Below are positions 63,131 to 64,000 of a stretch of 64,000 nt of DNA, piece after piece; positions within the stretch are counted from its first letter, which is position 1, and each line of letters begins with the position of its first letter. The translations under genes were made by a program, and so were the position numbers. Source of the DNA: Desulfatiglandales bacterium (GTDB lineage: Bacteria; Desulfobacterota; DSM-4660; Desulfatiglandales; Desulfatiglandaceae); assembly GCA_963662465.1 (NCBI GenBank), contig OY759599.1, forward strand, positions 6,944,001-7,008,000, written 5' to 3'. Under the pieces are notes generated by a model. The model ran no database searches and was not told where the DNA came from. It saw nothing but the letters and a program-made list of their open reading frames with translations.

Positions 63131-63415
63131 TTGCAGATGGAAACACAAACATCAAAAACAAAAACCTCTTCTTTGAAAGCCATTGTTCGCGAAACCATAC
63201 AGAGCAATTTGTTGGAAGGGATTATCGAAATTCCTAACGAACTTAGGGATCGTTTGGTGGAGGTGATTCTTTTGCCTGTTGTTAGTGAAAAACACAACGG
63301 TCAAAGTAATATGAAGTCAGGTTCCTCTCTGAAGCGCTTCGCAGGTGCATGGTCCGGGGGACAACTCGTCAGGGAAGATCAGGGAAGCTATGAGGTCCGT
63401 GAGGAGCTGTTATGA
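63131..63415 (+). CDS. Antitoxin-like protein
   Basis: IEIPNELRDRLVEVILLP..FAGAW; precedes a PIN gene. Confidence 0.75.
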   Translation: MQMETQTSKTKTSSLKAIVRETIQSNLLEGIIEIPNELRDRLVEVILLPVVSEKHNGQSNMKSGSSLKRFAGAWSGGQLVREDQGSYEVREELL

Positions 63416-63718
63416 TTGCCGGATACCAATGTCTGGATTCGCTTCTTAAATCCTGGAGAGAACCATGTCAAAAATCACTTTCTTTCAGCTGATCCAGCAA
63501 CAATTTGGCTTTGTTCGGTTGTAAAAGCCGAATTGTTCTTCGGTGCCCTGAAAAGTGCTCGAATCAAAGAAAATCTTCGGCTTTTGGATGAATTGTTTGC
63601 AAATTTCGATTCTGTTTTTTTTGACGACGATGCTGCTCGAAAATACGGCGAGATCCGTTCGGATCTTGCTCGGAAGGGTACTCCAATTGGTCCGAACGAT
63701 TTGATGATTGCGGCTATT
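63412..63718 (+). pseudogene. VapC PIN toxin, damaged start and truncated C-terminus
   Basis: PDTNVWI, VVKAELFFGA, GTPIGPNDLMIAAI. Confidence 0.85.
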
Positions 63719-64000
63719 GATGGTGGTTTCAGTGCGAATGTAATACCCGGTTTTGTTGTACTGCTTGATGGCGTTACCTCGAAACCAGTGTTTGATGCAC
63801 GCATTATTGTCATACAGCCGCCGGAATGTCTTGGATGTTGATCGGCGATGAGGCCGACGATTAAAAATCTGTGAAATCGTATCGGGCAATCCGAGACGGT
63901 GGAACTTATCCAAGAGTCGTTCAAAGAGGCTGGTACAAAAACGCGCTGATCGAAACACAATATTAGAAGAAACTTCGACCTGGCTTGAATACCAGTCGTG
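63715..64000 (-). pseudogene. Fragment of an uncharacterised putative transposase
   Basis: QVEVSSNIVF...IKQYNK.G..IRTETTIN; frame open to the window edge. Confidence 0.5.

Noticed and set aside
53190..63720. Classical integron or CALIN
   Set aside because: No tyrosine integrase and no consistent RYYYAAC...GTTRRRY attC palindromes seen by eye.

Overview
64 kb of a bacterial chromosome, most likely a sulfate-reducing Desulfobacterota member (inferred from gene content and repeat types). It has four zones. (1) 1-13 kb: a hydantoinase/oxoprolinase A/B pair, then an eroded and partly duplicated accessory patch (Uma2, Rpn nuclease, FGE-sulfatase, GxxExxY, PemK/DUF2281 and GNAT/DUF1778 TA). This patch holds an intact group II intron (6286-8188) inserted at the foot of a REP-like hairpin. 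(2) 14.4-21.1 kb: an ISAs1 element fused to a DUF4338/DruA-like domain, interrupted by a 4.7 kb IS21-type element that carries Cys-rich, HTH-like and ParB-like genes as well as istAB. (3) 21-52 kb: core genes (thiC, mnmE-jag-yidC-yidD-rnpA-rpmH, mreBCD-mrdA-rodA, phoH, ybeY, pdxJ, tsaE, lysC, tsaD, rsmA, panC, metK, ahcY, tag), punctuated by heptamer-based inverted-repeat elements. (4) 53-64 kb: a co-oriented array of about a dozen intact or broken toxin-antitoxin modules. The modules are separated by recurring CAACGTCCCCCATT and GGTCCGACCCCAAGA motifs and by remnants of a REP-associated tyrosine transposase (RAYT). This looks like an integron-like cassette array built by an HUH transposase and is the best candidate for an undescribed system. 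No tRNA, rRNA or CRISPR array was seen. All protein calls come from motif recognition without database searches.
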